Made by a program: the position numbers and the translations under genes. Positions 34,081 to 43,360 of a stretch of DNA of 64,000 nt are shown here, piece after piece. A model generated the notes under the pieces. That model was not told where the DNA came from. It saw only the letters and a program-made list of their open reading frames with translations, and did not search any database. This stretch comes from an uncultured Gemmatimonadaceae bacterium (GTDB lineage Bacteria; Gemmatimonadota; Gemmatimonadetes; Gemmatimonadales; Gemmatimonadaceae). Positions within the stretch are counted from its first letter, which is position 1; the number at the start of each line of letters is the position of its first letter. The stretch covers positions 2,272,001 to 2,336,000 of the forward strand of contig OY970320.1 of assembly GCA_963716745.1 (NCBI GenBank). The letters are read 5' to 3'.

Positions 34081-35898
34081 GTGGCTCCGACGAATGTTTC
34101 CGATCCACAGTACTACCATAAAGTCGTCGACTGCCAATGGGCATGTCCTGCCCACACGAACGTCCCAGAATACCTCCGCCTCATCGCGCAGGGGCAGTAC
34201 ACCGATTCCTATATGCTCAACCGGGAATCGAACGTTTTCCCCGGAATTCTTGGCAGCACCTGCGACCGCCCCTGTGAACCCGCGTGCCGCCGAGGACGCG
34301 TCGACGGGAAACCGGTCGCGATCTGCCGCCTGAAACGCGTCGCCGCCGATCTGCGCGATGACATCACCGACCGCCTCCCCACCGCCCCACTCGTCAAGAA
34401 CGGAAAACGCATCGCCCTCGTCGGCTGCGGGCCTGCCTCGCTCACGGTCGCGAACGATCTCATGCCACTCGGCTACGAGTGCGTGATCTTCGAGAAGATG
34501 GACCGCTCGGGCGGACTCATGCGCATCAACATTCCCGCCTTCCGTCTTCCGGCCCACGTCCTGGATGAGGAGATCGAGTACATCACCAACATGGGCGTCG
34601 ACGTGCGCTACAACGCCCCCGTGAACAGCATGAAAGCGCTACTCGACGAGGGCTACGACGCGGTGTTCGTCGGCAGCGGCGCGCCCAAGGGGAAAGAGCT
34701 CGACATTCCGGGCCGCAACGACCCCGCGATCGCCGCGAACATCCAGATCGGCATCGAGTGGCTCGCCTCGGTCCACTTCGGCCACATCGAGAAGATCGGC
34801 AAGCGCGTGCTCATCATCGGCGTCGGCAATACGGCCATGGACTGCTGCCGCACGTCGAAGCGCCTCGGCGCGACGGATGTGAAGGTCATCGCGCGCCGCG
34901 GCCGGAAGTACTTCAAGGCGAGCCCGTGGGAGCTCGAAGATGCTGAAGAGGAATTGGTCGAGATCGTCGAGAACCACGCGCCCAAGAATTTCGTGATCAA
35001 GAATGGAAAGCTGGTCGGCATGGAGTTCGAAGTGCTGCGCTGGACCGTAAGCGCCGACGGCAAGCAGAGCAGTGAAGTGCTCGACACCGTCACCCTCCCG
35101 TGCGACGACGTGATCCTCGCGATCGGCCAGGACAATTCATTCCCCTGGATCGAGCGCGATATCGGGATCGAGTTCGACAAGTGGGAGATGCCGGTGGTGG
35201 ACAAGACCACGTACCAGTGCACGCGCCCCGGCGTCTTCTTCGGCGGCGACGCGGCGTGGGGGCCGCTGAATATCATTTGGGCCGTGGAGCACGGACACCA
35301 AGCGGCGATCTCCATCCACAACCAGTGCCAGAACCTCCCGATCACGGACCGCCCCGCCTTCGGCATGAATCTCGTGAGCGCCAAGGTCGGCATGCACGCC
35401 TGGAGCTACAGCAACGACTACAATCCGAGCCCTCGCGCCAAGATGAATCACGAGGAGCTCGTGAAGCGCTTCACCGATGTGCACATCGAAGTCGAACTCG
35501 GCTTCACTCCCGAGCAGACCGCGCGCGAAGTGGAGCGCTGCCTCAATTGCGATATCGAGACCCATTTCGCCGCGAACCTCTGCATCGAATGCGACGCCTG
35601 CGTCGACGTGTGCCCCGTGAACTGTCTCACTATCGCCCCCGGCGGCGACGAGAAGGACCTCCGCACGCGCCTCATGGCCCCCGCGACGAATCTGACGCAG
35701 GACCTGTACGTGAGCGCCGAGCTCCCCCAAACGAAGCGTGTGATGCTGAAGGATGAGGACGTATGCCTCCACTGCGGCCTCTGCGCCGAGCGCTGCCCCA
35801 CAGCAGCGTGGGACATGCGGAAGTTCGAACTGGAGGTCCCCTACGCGTTCGCAGTTGCAGGCGACAGCCGACAGCCGACAGCCGGGGTTGGTCGTTAG
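34081..35898 (+). CDS. FAD/4Fe-4S oxidoreductase (GltD-like with C-terminal ferredoxin domain; KorC-like)
   Basis: CQWACP, CDRPCEPAC, GCGPAS, GVGNTAMD, CIECDACVDVCP, CLHCGLCAERCP. Confidence 0.92.
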   Translation: MAPTNVSDPQYYHKVVDCQWACPAHTNVPEYLRLIAQGQYTDSYMLNRESNVFPGILGSTCDRPCEPACRRGRVDGKPVAICRLKRVAADLRDDITDRLPTAPLVKNGKRIALVGCGPASLTVANDLMPLGYECVIFEKMDRSGGLMRINIPAFRLPAHVLDEEIEYITNMGVDVRYNAPVNSMKALLDEGYDAVFVGSGAPKGKELDIPGRNDPAIAANIQIGIEWLASVHFGHIEKIGKRVLIIGVGNTAMDCCRTSKRLGATDVKVIARRGRKYFKASPWELEDAEEELVEIVENHAPKNFVIKNGKLVGMEFEVLRWTVSADGKQSSEVLDTVTLPCDDVILAIGQDNSFPWIERDIGIEFDKWEMPVVDKTTYQCTRPGVFFGGDAAWGPLNIIWAVEHGHQAAISIHNQCQNLPITDRPAFGMNLVSAKVGMHAWSYSNDYNPSPRAKMNHEELVKRFTDVHIEVELGFTPEQTAREVERCLNCDIETHFAANLCIECDACVDVCPVNCLTIAPGGDEKDLRTRLMAPATNLTQDLYVSAELPQTKRVMLKDEDVCLHCGLCAERCPTAAWDMRKFELEVPYAFAVAGDSRQPTAGVGR

Positions 35899-37737
35899 AT
35901 GTCCGCCGTCAATGATTTCTCGCTGAAGATCGCCACCGTCAACGGAACCGGTTCGGCCTCTGCGAACTCGCTCCTCATGCAGACCATCTTCCGCATGGGC
36001 ATCCCTGTCAGCGGAAAGAACATCTTCCCGTCCAACATCCAGGGCCTCCCCACCTGGTACGAGATCCGCGTCTCGGCGCACGGCTACACGGCGCGTCCGC
36101 CCGAGATCGATCTCGTGGTCGCGCTCAACAACGCCACGTACGCGAAGGATGTCGCCACGGTGCGCCCCGGCGGCTATCTGCTCTACGATTCCAGCTGGCC
36201 GCTCGACGCCGCGCTCAAGCGCGAGGACATCACGATCCTCGGTGTCCCCTTCGGGAAAATGTGCGTGGATGCCTTCGAGCGGGACCGCGATCGCACGCTG
36301 CTTCGCAACATCGCATACGCCGGCGCACTCGCGGCGCTGTTGTCGATCGACATGGATGTCATCACCGAAGCGCTCACCGAGAAATTCAGCAAGAAGAAGG
36401 CGTTGCTCGACGCGAATTTCACCGCGATCAGACTCGGTCACGATTTCGCGAAGGCGAACTTCACGTGTCCGCTGCCGTTCCATCTCAAGAAGATGGACGC
36501 CACGAAAGGGCACATCCTGATCGACGGCAATACGTCCGCCGCGCTCGGCGCTGTATACGCGGGCGCTACCGTGGGCGCGTGGTATCCGATCACGCCGGCC
36601 ACGTCGCTCATGGAGGCGTTCAAGGAATTCTGCGAGCGCTATCGCGTGGACCCGAAAACGAAGGAGAAGCGCTACTGCATCATCCAGGCGGAAGATGAAT
36701 TGGCGGCGGCCGGCATCGTGATCGGCGCGTGCTGGGCTGGGGCGCGGTCGTTCACGTCCACCGCGGGTCCCGGCATCGATCTCATGAGCGAGTTCATCGG
36801 GCTCGCGTACTATACCGAGACGCCGGCCGTCTTCTACGACATCCAGCGCACCGGCCCGAGCACCGGCATGCCGACGCGCACGCAGCAGGGCGATTTTCTG
36901 TCCATCGCGTATGCCTCGCACGGCGACACGAAGCACATCATGATCTTCCCGCGCGATCCGGAAGAGTGTTTCTCGATGAGCGTGGAGAGTTTCGATCTCG
37001 CCGAGCGTTTCCAGACGCCGGTGTTCGTCGTGAGCGATCTCGATATCGGGATGAACGACTGGATGTGCCCGCGGCTCAAGTGGAGCGACAAGTTCCGCCC
37101 CGACCGCGGCAAGGTGCTCGGCCCGGCGGAGTTGGAGAAGATCAAGAAGTTCAATCGCTATCTCGATCTCGACGGCGACGGCATCGCAGCGCGCACGCTT
37201 CCCGGGCAGGATGCGAAAGGCGCCTTCTTCTCTCGCGGCTCGGGCCATGACAAGTACGGCGCCTACACCGAGGAGAGCGACGCGTACAAGGAGGTCGTGG
37301 ACCGGATCGCGCGAAAGATCAATGGTTCCGCCGAGTCGCTGCCGGCCCCGGAGATCGTGAAGCAGAAGGACGCGAAGATCGGTCTCGTGAGCATCGGCGG
37401 CTGCGACGCCGCCGTGCGCGAAGCGTGCGATTCGTTGGCCGCGCAGAGCACAAAGGTGGACTACATGCGCATCCGCGCCTTCCCATTCGCGAAGGCGGTC
37501 TTGGAATTCCTCGAGTCCCACGACCGCATCTTCGTGATCGAGCAGAACCGCGACGCACAATTGCGGTCGCTGCTCACCATCGAGACCGGCTTCCCCCGCG
37601 ACCAAATGACGCCCGTCTTGGACTACGCCGGCTTGCCCCTCACCGCAAAGGTAGTCGTAGACGCCGTGTCGCCTGCGACAGCCAACAGCCGACAGCCCGC
37701 TTCAGTAGTTAAGAAGCGCAAGCCCGCCCGCACATGA
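35899..37737 (+). CDS. 2-oxoacid:acceptor oxidoreductase subunit alpha (gamma-alpha fusion)
   Basis: WYPITPAT, QAEDELAA, QRTGPSTGMPT. Confidence 0.95.
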   Translation: MSAVNDFSLKIATVNGTGSASANSLLMQTIFRMGIPVSGKNIFPSNIQGLPTWYEIRVSAHGYTARPPEIDLVVALNNATYAKDVATVRPGGYLLYDSSWPLDAALKREDITILGVPFGKMCVDAFERDRDRTLLRNIAYAGALAALLSIDMDVITEALTEKFSKKKALLDANFTAIRLGHDFAKANFTCPLPFHLKKMDATKGHILIDGNTSAALGAVYAGATVGAWYPITPATSLMEAFKEFCERYRVDPKTKEKRYCIIQAEDELAAAGIVIGACWAGARSFTSTAGPGIDLMSEFIGLAYYTETPAVFYDIQRTGPSTGMPTRTQQGDFLSIAYASHGDTKHIMIFPRDPEECFSMSVESFDLAERFQTPVFVVSDLDIGMNDWMCPRLKWSDKFRPDRGKVLGPAELEKIKKFNRYLDLDGDGIAARTLPGQDAKGAFFSRGSGHDKYGAYTEESDAYKEVVDRIARKINGSAESLPAPEIVKQKDAKIGLVSIGGCDAAVREACDSLAAQSTKVDYMRIRAFPFAKAVLEFLESHDRIFVIEQNRDAQLRSLLTIETGFPRDQMTPVLDYAGLPLTAKVVVDAVSPATANSRQPASVVKKRKPART

Positions 37738-38789
37738 CCTCCATCACAAAACCCCCCGTCACCCACCCCGGCCTCCGGAAGAACCAGTTAGGCCTGACGA
37801 CAAGGGATTATGAAGGTTCCATGTCCACCCTCTGCGCCGGTTGCGGCCACGATTCCGTCACCGCCGCGCTGATCACCGCTTTCTGGGAATGCGACGTGCC
37901 GCCCCACATGGCCGCGAAGCTCAGCGGCATCGGCTGCTCGTCCAAGACCACCGCGTATTTCATGAAGCAATCGCACGGATTCAATTCCGTGCACGGCCGC
38001 ATGCCCGCGCTCGCGAGCGGCGCGAACGCGGCGAACCGCGATCTCATGTGCATCGGCATCTCCGGCGACGGCGATTCACTCTCGATCGGACTCGGCCAGC
38101 TCAGTCACGCCATCCGCCGGAACATTAGTCTGCTCTACGTGATCGAGAACAACGGCGTGTACGGACTCACCAAGGGACAATTCTCCGCGTCGTCTGACGT
38201 CGGATCGAAATCGAAGAAAGGCGAAGCCAACGTTTCGCCCCCGATCGATCCCTGCCTGCTCGCGCTCACGCTCGGCGCCACCTTCGTCGCGCGATGTTTT
38301 TCTGGCGACAAGAAACAACTCGTGCCCATTCTCAGCGCCGGCCTGCGCCACAAGGGACTGGCATTGATCGACGTGATCAGCCCCTGCGTCACCTTCAACG
38401 ATCACGAAGGCTCGACCAAGAGCTATCGCTACACCCGCGAGCACACGAGCGAGGTGGAGTGGGGCGATATGGTGCCATTACGCCGCGAGATCACCGCGCC
38501 CGACGCCGACACCAATGTCGTGACCGTCATGATGCATGACGGTGTGCCAATGCGATTCCGGAAGACCAGCGGCGGCTACGATCCCACCGATCGCGAAGCG
38601 GCATATAGTCACGTGCGCGCCTGCCAGAAGCGCGGCGAAGTGGCGACAGGACTGCTATTCATCGATGAGTCGGGGAACGACATGCACGCCGTGAACCACA
38701 CCGTCGCGCGCCCGCTCGTGAACGTACCCTACGAGGACCTGTGCCCCGGCAGCGCGGCGCTCGAGGAGTTGATGGGGGAGTTCCGCTGA
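37734..38789 (+). CDS. 2-oxoacid:ferredoxin oxidoreductase subunit beta
   Basis: CAGCGH, SGIGCS, HGR, GDGD..NNGVYGLTKGQ, SPCVTFN. Confidence 0.95.
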   Translation: MTSITKPPVTHPGLRKNQLGLTTRDYEGSMSTLCAGCGHDSVTAALITAFWECDVPPHMAAKLSGIGCSSKTTAYFMKQSHGFNSVHGRMPALASGANAANRDLMCIGISGDGDSLSIGLGQLSHAIRRNISLLYVIENNGVYGLTKGQFSASSDVGSKSKKGEANVSPPIDPCLLALTLGATFVARCFSGDKKQLVPILSAGLRHKGLALIDVISPCVTFNDHEGSTKSYRYTREHTSEVEWGDMVPLRREITAPDADTNVVTVMMHDGVPMRFRKTSGGYDPTDREAAYSHVRACQKRGEVATGLLFIDESGNDMHAVNHTVARPLVNVPYEDLCPGSAALEELMGEFR

Positions 38790-39148
38790 GCGAGCCGTCT
38801 GCGCTCGGGAGCGCCCGCACACCGTGGCCGGCGATTCTCGCCGGCGCAATTATCGTCGCCAGCGGATTCATCCTGGGCGCCCCCAGCGTCCTCATCATCA
38901 TGATCACGACCGTGATCGGGATGACTGTCTGGTCATATGGATGTTTTCGATGGGCTCAGGGCGCTGCGCCCGTACCGTTGGTGCTTTGGGGCCTCGTGCT
39001 CGCCGGCGCAGCTCCCACATCCATCCCGTTCATCCGGACGCCCGATGATTGGGAGATGTGGCTCGGCATGACTGGTGCCATCGCGTCCGCCGTAGGATTG
39101 GCGTTCCTCGTTACAGGGGTGGTCCGACTGTCGAGAGCTCTCCAATGA
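38786..39148 (+). CDS. Hypothetical membrane protein; start uncertain
   Basis: Four hydrophobic segments; fills the gap with 4-nt overlaps on both sides. Confidence 0.55.
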   Translation: MSEPSALGSARTPWPAILAGAIIVASGFILGAPSVLIIMITTVIGMTVWSYGCFRWAQGAAPVPLVLWGLVLAGAAPTSIPFIRTPDDWEMWLGMTGAIASAVGLAFLVTGVVRLSRALQ

Positions 39149-39774
39149 ATCTTCTGATCCTCGGCGCCTCTGGCGGCACCGGCCGGCAGCTAGTTTCCCA
39201 AGCGCTCGCGGCGGGGCATCGCGTCACCGCAGTGTCGCGCCATCCCGATGGTTCAGGCGTTCCGCACCGGAATCTGTCGCTGGCGACGGCCGACGTCGCC
39301 GAGGATCCTAGTGCGATCGACCGCGTACTTCCGGGGCATGACGCGGTGCTCAGCGCGCTTGGGAGAGGGCTCTCGTTCGCGCCGAAACATCTCAGCGCGC
39401 ATACGGCCGCGAGATTGATTCCCGCGATGGAGCGTCTCGGCCCGAAGCGTCTCGTGTGGCTGTCGGCATGCGGTGTCGCGCCCGATTACGACGGCGCGAC
39501 CGGGCTCTCGAGATTGTTCTTCCGCACGCTGCTGAAAGGGATATATGCTGACAAATCGATCGGCGATGCGGCGGTGCGCGAGAGTCGGTTGGAGTGGACG
39601 ATCATTTGTCCGGTGATGCTTACGAATGATCGGGCGATCGGGAAATATCGGGTCGGGGAGCGGCTGGACGGCGTGAGTGGTGCGAAGATCTCACGGGCAA
39701 CGGTCGCGTCGTTCATGTTGCGATGTGCGACGGAAAGAGAGGCGGCGGTGAAGCGGTTGATCATCTCGTCTTAG
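39145..39774 (+). CDS. NAD(P)-binding oxidoreductase (flavin reductase/BVR-B-like)
   Basis: LILGASGGTG, HDAVLSALG, LEWTIICP, ISRATVA. Confidence 0.88.
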   Translation: MNLLILGASGGTGRQLVSQALAAGHRVTAVSRHPDGSGVPHRNLSLATADVAEDPSAIDRVLPGHDAVLSALGRGLSFAPKHLSAHTAARLIPAMERLGPKRLVWLSACGVAPDYDGATGLSRLFFRTLLKGIYADKSIGDAAVRESRLEWTIICPVMLTNDRAIGKYRVGERLDGVSGAKISRATVASFMLRCATEREAAVKRLIISS

Positions 39775-39811
39775 GGCGGGGGACTTCGGCGGCATCACCA
39801 GGGGGCTTAGG

Positions 39812-39996
39812 GTTGCAGTCAACAGCAAACAGTCACGAGTACCGGCCAGTCGACAGTCAACAGCTCACAGGTCACAGAAAACGGATCACGATATGGGCGA
39901 GCGATCTCTCCCTTATTCGTGATCCGTTTTCTGTGACCTGTTGACTGTTGACTGTCGACTGGCAGTCACTCGTGACTGTTTACTGTTTTCTGCAAC
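39812..39996. repeat. Long palindromic element, copy 2
   Basis: Same arms; centre ACGGATCACGA..TCGTGATCCGT; abuts the stop of the minus-strand gene. Confidence 0.95.
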
Positions 39997-41091
39997 TCAA
40001 TGCACACTGGTGGCTCGCGCCGTTGCAGTTTCAATCGACCACAACAGGATCTCCCTCGCTCTCATGACCCACGCGCGGTAAGCGGCATTATTCGTGCGCG
40101 CAGGCAATCGCGAAATCCCATCAAGATCGAACGCCGCCCCCCACGCTCCCAATCCCGCCTTCACCCCATCAAGCGCATTCAGCATTTGCTCAACATGCCC
40201 CTCAACCGGCACCATGAACACCGCTTTCCCCAACACCCCCGCCTCCGCCACCGACTCGAATCCCGCAGTCGACACCACGCACTTACACCCCGCCATCATC
40301 TGCAGAAATAACTCTCCGTCCAGTCGATGGAACGTCAAAGTATCGTCATGCCGAAATTCCTTCGGCGCACCAGGCTTATCATAGAAACAATGGATCTCCG
40401 TCTCCGGATGCCGTCCATGCCACTCGAGCACATGCTCGGCGTAACCATGATTCACCATATAGACCAAGACGAAATGCCCGGCGGGATCGGTCTCCAACTC
40501 GAATAGATGCTTCCTCAGCAACGGCGGTGCGACGGACATTCGTTCGTGCGGCAGATCCGGCGCCTCATAGTGTGACAGCGCCAGCCACGAAGACCGCGCG
40601 CCCACAAGCCGAGTGTACCACATGAGCCCCGCCTGCTGCGCGCGCATCTCGCGCATGTTCGGGAACGCGGGATGTTCCTGCAGGAACTGATGCCCGAGCG
40701 CGATGATCGGCGGCCGCGCGCGATACGCAAGCGCGTACACGCCCGTGAGCACTTCGTAGAAATTCAGGATCACATCAGGACTCCGCTCGCGCACGAGCGT
40801 CGCGAGCGCGCGCACGCTGCGCGCATACTCAGGCAGTCGCCGCAGCGCCCTCGCGATCGTGGCCGGCATATTCACCGACCGATTCCCCGTGAACGCGAAC
40901 TCCAGCGTCGGGATCACCGTCAACGCCACCGGCATCGCCGAAGCGAAGTAGTCCGGCAATTTCCTCTCGCGCCCCATCCCGACCACCACGCCCACGATCT
41001 CGTGCCCCGCGCTCTCGACGATCTCCTTGGCCGCCATCGCCTGGGTCAAGTGACCCCGTCCCTCGCCCTGTACGCAGAAGAGGATTCGCAT
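39997..41091 (-). CDS. Glycosyltransferase, MJ1255-like GT-B family
   Basis: MRILFCVQGEGRGH, TAGFESVAEA, VPVEGHVEQMLNA. Confidence 0.85.
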   Translation of the reverse strand: MRILFCVQGEGRGHLTQAMAAKEIVESAGHEIVGVVVGMGRERKLPDYFASAMPVALTVIPTLEFAFTGNRSVNMPATIARALRRLPEYARSVRALATLVRERSPDVILNFYEVLTGVYALAYRARPPIIALGHQFLQEHPAFPNMREMRAQQAGLMWYTRLVGARSSWLALSHYEAPDLPHERMSVAPPLLRKHLFELETDPAGHFVLVYMVNHGYAEHVLEWHGRHPETEIHCFYDKPGAPKEFRHDDTLTFHRLDGELFLQMMAGCKCVVSTAGFESVAEAGVLGKAVFMVPVEGHVEQMLNALDGVKAGLGAWGAAFDLDGISRLPARTNNAAYRAWVMRAREILLWSIETATARATSVH

Positions 41092-41812
41092 GGAGCTCGA
41101 GTAAAGTGATGACGCCGTCGAAATCCTCGACCAGCGCAGTGCAACTCTCCACCCAATCGCCGCAATTGAGATAGCGCACGCCGCCAATATCCTTCATCTC
41201 CGCGCGGTGGATATGACCGCAGATCACGCCGTCGGCGCCCTCACGGCGAGCCATCTGTGCGATCGTGCGCTCGTAGTCCGACATGTAGGCGACTGCGGCC
41301 TTGGCCTTCCCCTTGAGGTAGGCGGCGACGGACCAGTAGCCGAAGCCGAGCGTCCGGCGCAGGCGGTTGAAATGGAGATTGAAATCGAGGATCCAGTCGT
41401 AGAGATGGGATCCCACGCGCTCGAGCAGGGGGCCGATGCTCGTGAGACCGTCGGCCTGGTGTCCGTGGAGGACGAGATAGCGCTTGCCGTCGGCGCCGAC
41501 GTGGATCACTTGGCGCGCGATGGTCACGCTGCCGAATTGCAGCCCCGCGAAATCCTCGAGGAATTCGTCATGATTGCCCGTGATATAGATCACGCGCGTC
41601 TGCTTACGGCTCTTTCGCAGCAGTTTTTGGATCAGAACATTGTAATCATCGTGCCAATGCCACTTCGACTTCAATTGCCAGCCATCGACGATATCGCCGA
41701 CAAGGTAGAGATAGTCGGAATCGTTGTGTTTCAGGAATTCGAGGAGAAGATCGGGGCGGGAATGTTTTGTGCCGAGGTGGAGGTCGGAGAGCCAGATTGT
41801 GCGATAGTGCAT
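40829..41812 (-). CDS. LpxH/PlcP-family metallophosphoesterase; C-terminal ~88 aa overlap the glycosyltransferase, so the true stop may be near 41090
   Basis: SDLHLG, LVGDIVDGW, GNHD, HGH, ICGHIH, NCGDWVE. Confidence 0.88.
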   Translation of the reverse strand: MHYRTIWLSDLHLGTKHSRPDLLLEFLKHNDSDYLYLVGDIVDGWQLKSKWHWHDDYNVLIQKLLRKSRKQTRVIYITGNHDEFLEDFAGLQFGSVTIARQVIHVGADGKRYLVLHGHQADGLTSIGPLLERVGSHLYDWILDFNLHFNRLRRTLGFGYWSVAAYLKGKAKAAVAYMSDYERTIAQMARREGADGVICGHIHRAEMKDIGGVRYLNCGDWVESCTALVEDFDGVITLLELHANPLLRTGRGTGSLDPGDGGQGDRRERGARDRGRGGRDGAREEIAGLLRFGDAGGVDGDPDAGVRVHGESVGEYAGHDREGAAATA

Positions 41813-41903
41813 GTCATTCAATTCACTGCATCACGGTCATCGTTAGGGGGTGAATGGGTAACGTTTGGGTCACAACGGCGCTTTCATCACCAGGGTGCTT
41901 ACG

Positions 41904-42087
41904 GTTGCAGAAAACAGTAAACAGTCACGAGTAACTGCCAGTCGACAGTCTACAGTCAACAGGTCACAGAAAACGGATCACGATTCGGCGCGATGCATCG
42001 CACGCTATCGTGATCTGTGTTCTGTGACCTGTGAGCTGTTGACTGTCGACTGGCAGTCACTCGTGACTGTTTACTGTTGACTGCAGC
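41904..42087. repeat. Long palindromic element, copy 3
   Basis: Same arms; ends CTGCAGC. Confidence 0.95.
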
Positions 42088-42192
42088 CTTCCGAAGCATG
42101 TGGCTCAGCGTCCTTCCGCCGTTCCCCCATGGAACCTCCGCAACGATTGGGGTAGCAAAGCACTTACCACCCGCACCAGGAGGTCGAACCTC

Positions 42193-42618
42193 ATGCGCCT
42201 CTACGTCCGTTCGCTCCTCGTCCTATCCGCCGTCGCGGTCGCCGCCTGCAGTACCGATTCTAATCTTTCCCAAAGCCAGATCACGGCCGAGCACCTGAAC
42301 GGCACGTGGTCAGAACCGTTCACGATCCCCGGCGAATCGTTCGTGCTGCATCTCACTACGCACGATACGACTGTCACGGGCGACGGCTTCTTCAGTTTCG
42401 AGGCCGGACCGGCGGGAATGCTGACTGTCACCGGCACGGTATCGGGCAAGCAGGTCGATCTCGATATCGTCTATAGCTTTGGCCTCCATCAGCATATCCG
42501 CGCGGATCTCGAGTTCGGCACGCTGAGCGGCTACGTGTATACGACACCGGTGGGCGATCCTGCGCCGATCACGCTCAAGCGAACTTTGTTGCCGCCGGGC
42601 GCGGAGCCTCCAGTATGA
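42193..42618 (+). CDS. Hypothetical beta-rich lipoprotein
   Basis: SD AGGAGG; lipobox VAVAAC; LNGTW..LHLT. Confidence 0.75.
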   Translation: MRLYVRSLLVLSAVAVAACSTDSNLSQSQITAEHLNGTWSEPFTIPGESFVLHLTTHDTTVTGDGFFSFEAGPAGMLTVTGTVSGKQVDLDIVYSFGLHQHIRADLEFGTLSGYVYTTPVGDPAPITLKRTLLPPGAEPPV

Positions 42619-43016
42619 TGCGCGCACTCACGGTCGCTGCGATCGCCGCCGCCGCCCTCGGCTGCTCGGATATGCCATCGCAGCCGCCTTCCGACGCAGA
42701 TATCACGGGGACATGGCAGTGGGTATCTCCTGGGAATCCGAACAACCCGGCGGGCCCGAGAACGGTCACGTTGCATTTGACTTCGATCGGGGGCGCGATC
42801 ACCGGGAGTGGCAGCAACTCTTGGATCGGTGGGCCGGTGCCGCTGACCATTACCGGTACGATGGCCGGCAATGACGTCGATCTGGAGATGGCATCCAGCT
42901 CAGAGCCTACGATGACGTTCCACGGGCATCTGATCCTGCGCCGCATTCTGAGCGGGGTCGAGCAAATCGACCCAGCAGGCTCTTACGGGTCGATCGCCTA
43001 TCAAAGACTGGACTGA
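42615..43016 (+). CDS. Hypothetical lipoprotein, paralog of the upstream gene
   Basis: Lipobox AALGC; ITGTW..LHLT..LTITGT..DVDL. Confidence 0.75.
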   Translation: MMRALTVAAIAAAALGCSDMPSQPPSDADITGTWQWVSPGNPNNPAGPRTVTLHLTSIGGAITGSGSNSWIGGPVPLTITGTMAGNDVDLEMASSSEPTMTFHGHLILRRILSGVEQIDPAGSYGSIAYQRLD

Positions 43017-43158
43017 ACCGCCGGCAGTCGTCATGCATGTTGGGCTCGCGGCGGTGTCTTATGAGTTCACCGCGGTTGCGAGTTAGGGGTCGTGATGGCG
43101 GCTGCCGGCTGTCCCTATTCACTACTGACTGCGAACGACTGTCACCAGCGCGGGGAGA

Positions 43159-43342
43159 GTTGCAGTAAACAGAAAACAGTCACGAGTGACTGCCAGTCGA
43201 CAGTCAACAGTTCACAGCTCACAGAAAACGGATCACGATAGGGCGAGAGACCTCGCCCCTCCTCGTGATCCGTTTTCTGTGACCTGTGAGCTGTTGACTC
43301 TCGACTGGCCGGTACTCGTGACTGTTTACTGTTCACTGCAAC
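43159..43342. repeat. Long palindromic element, copy 4
   Basis: Same arms; inner arm variants reversed relative to copy 2. Confidence 0.95.
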
Positions 43343-43360
43343 GCCGGATGTCTCTGATGG

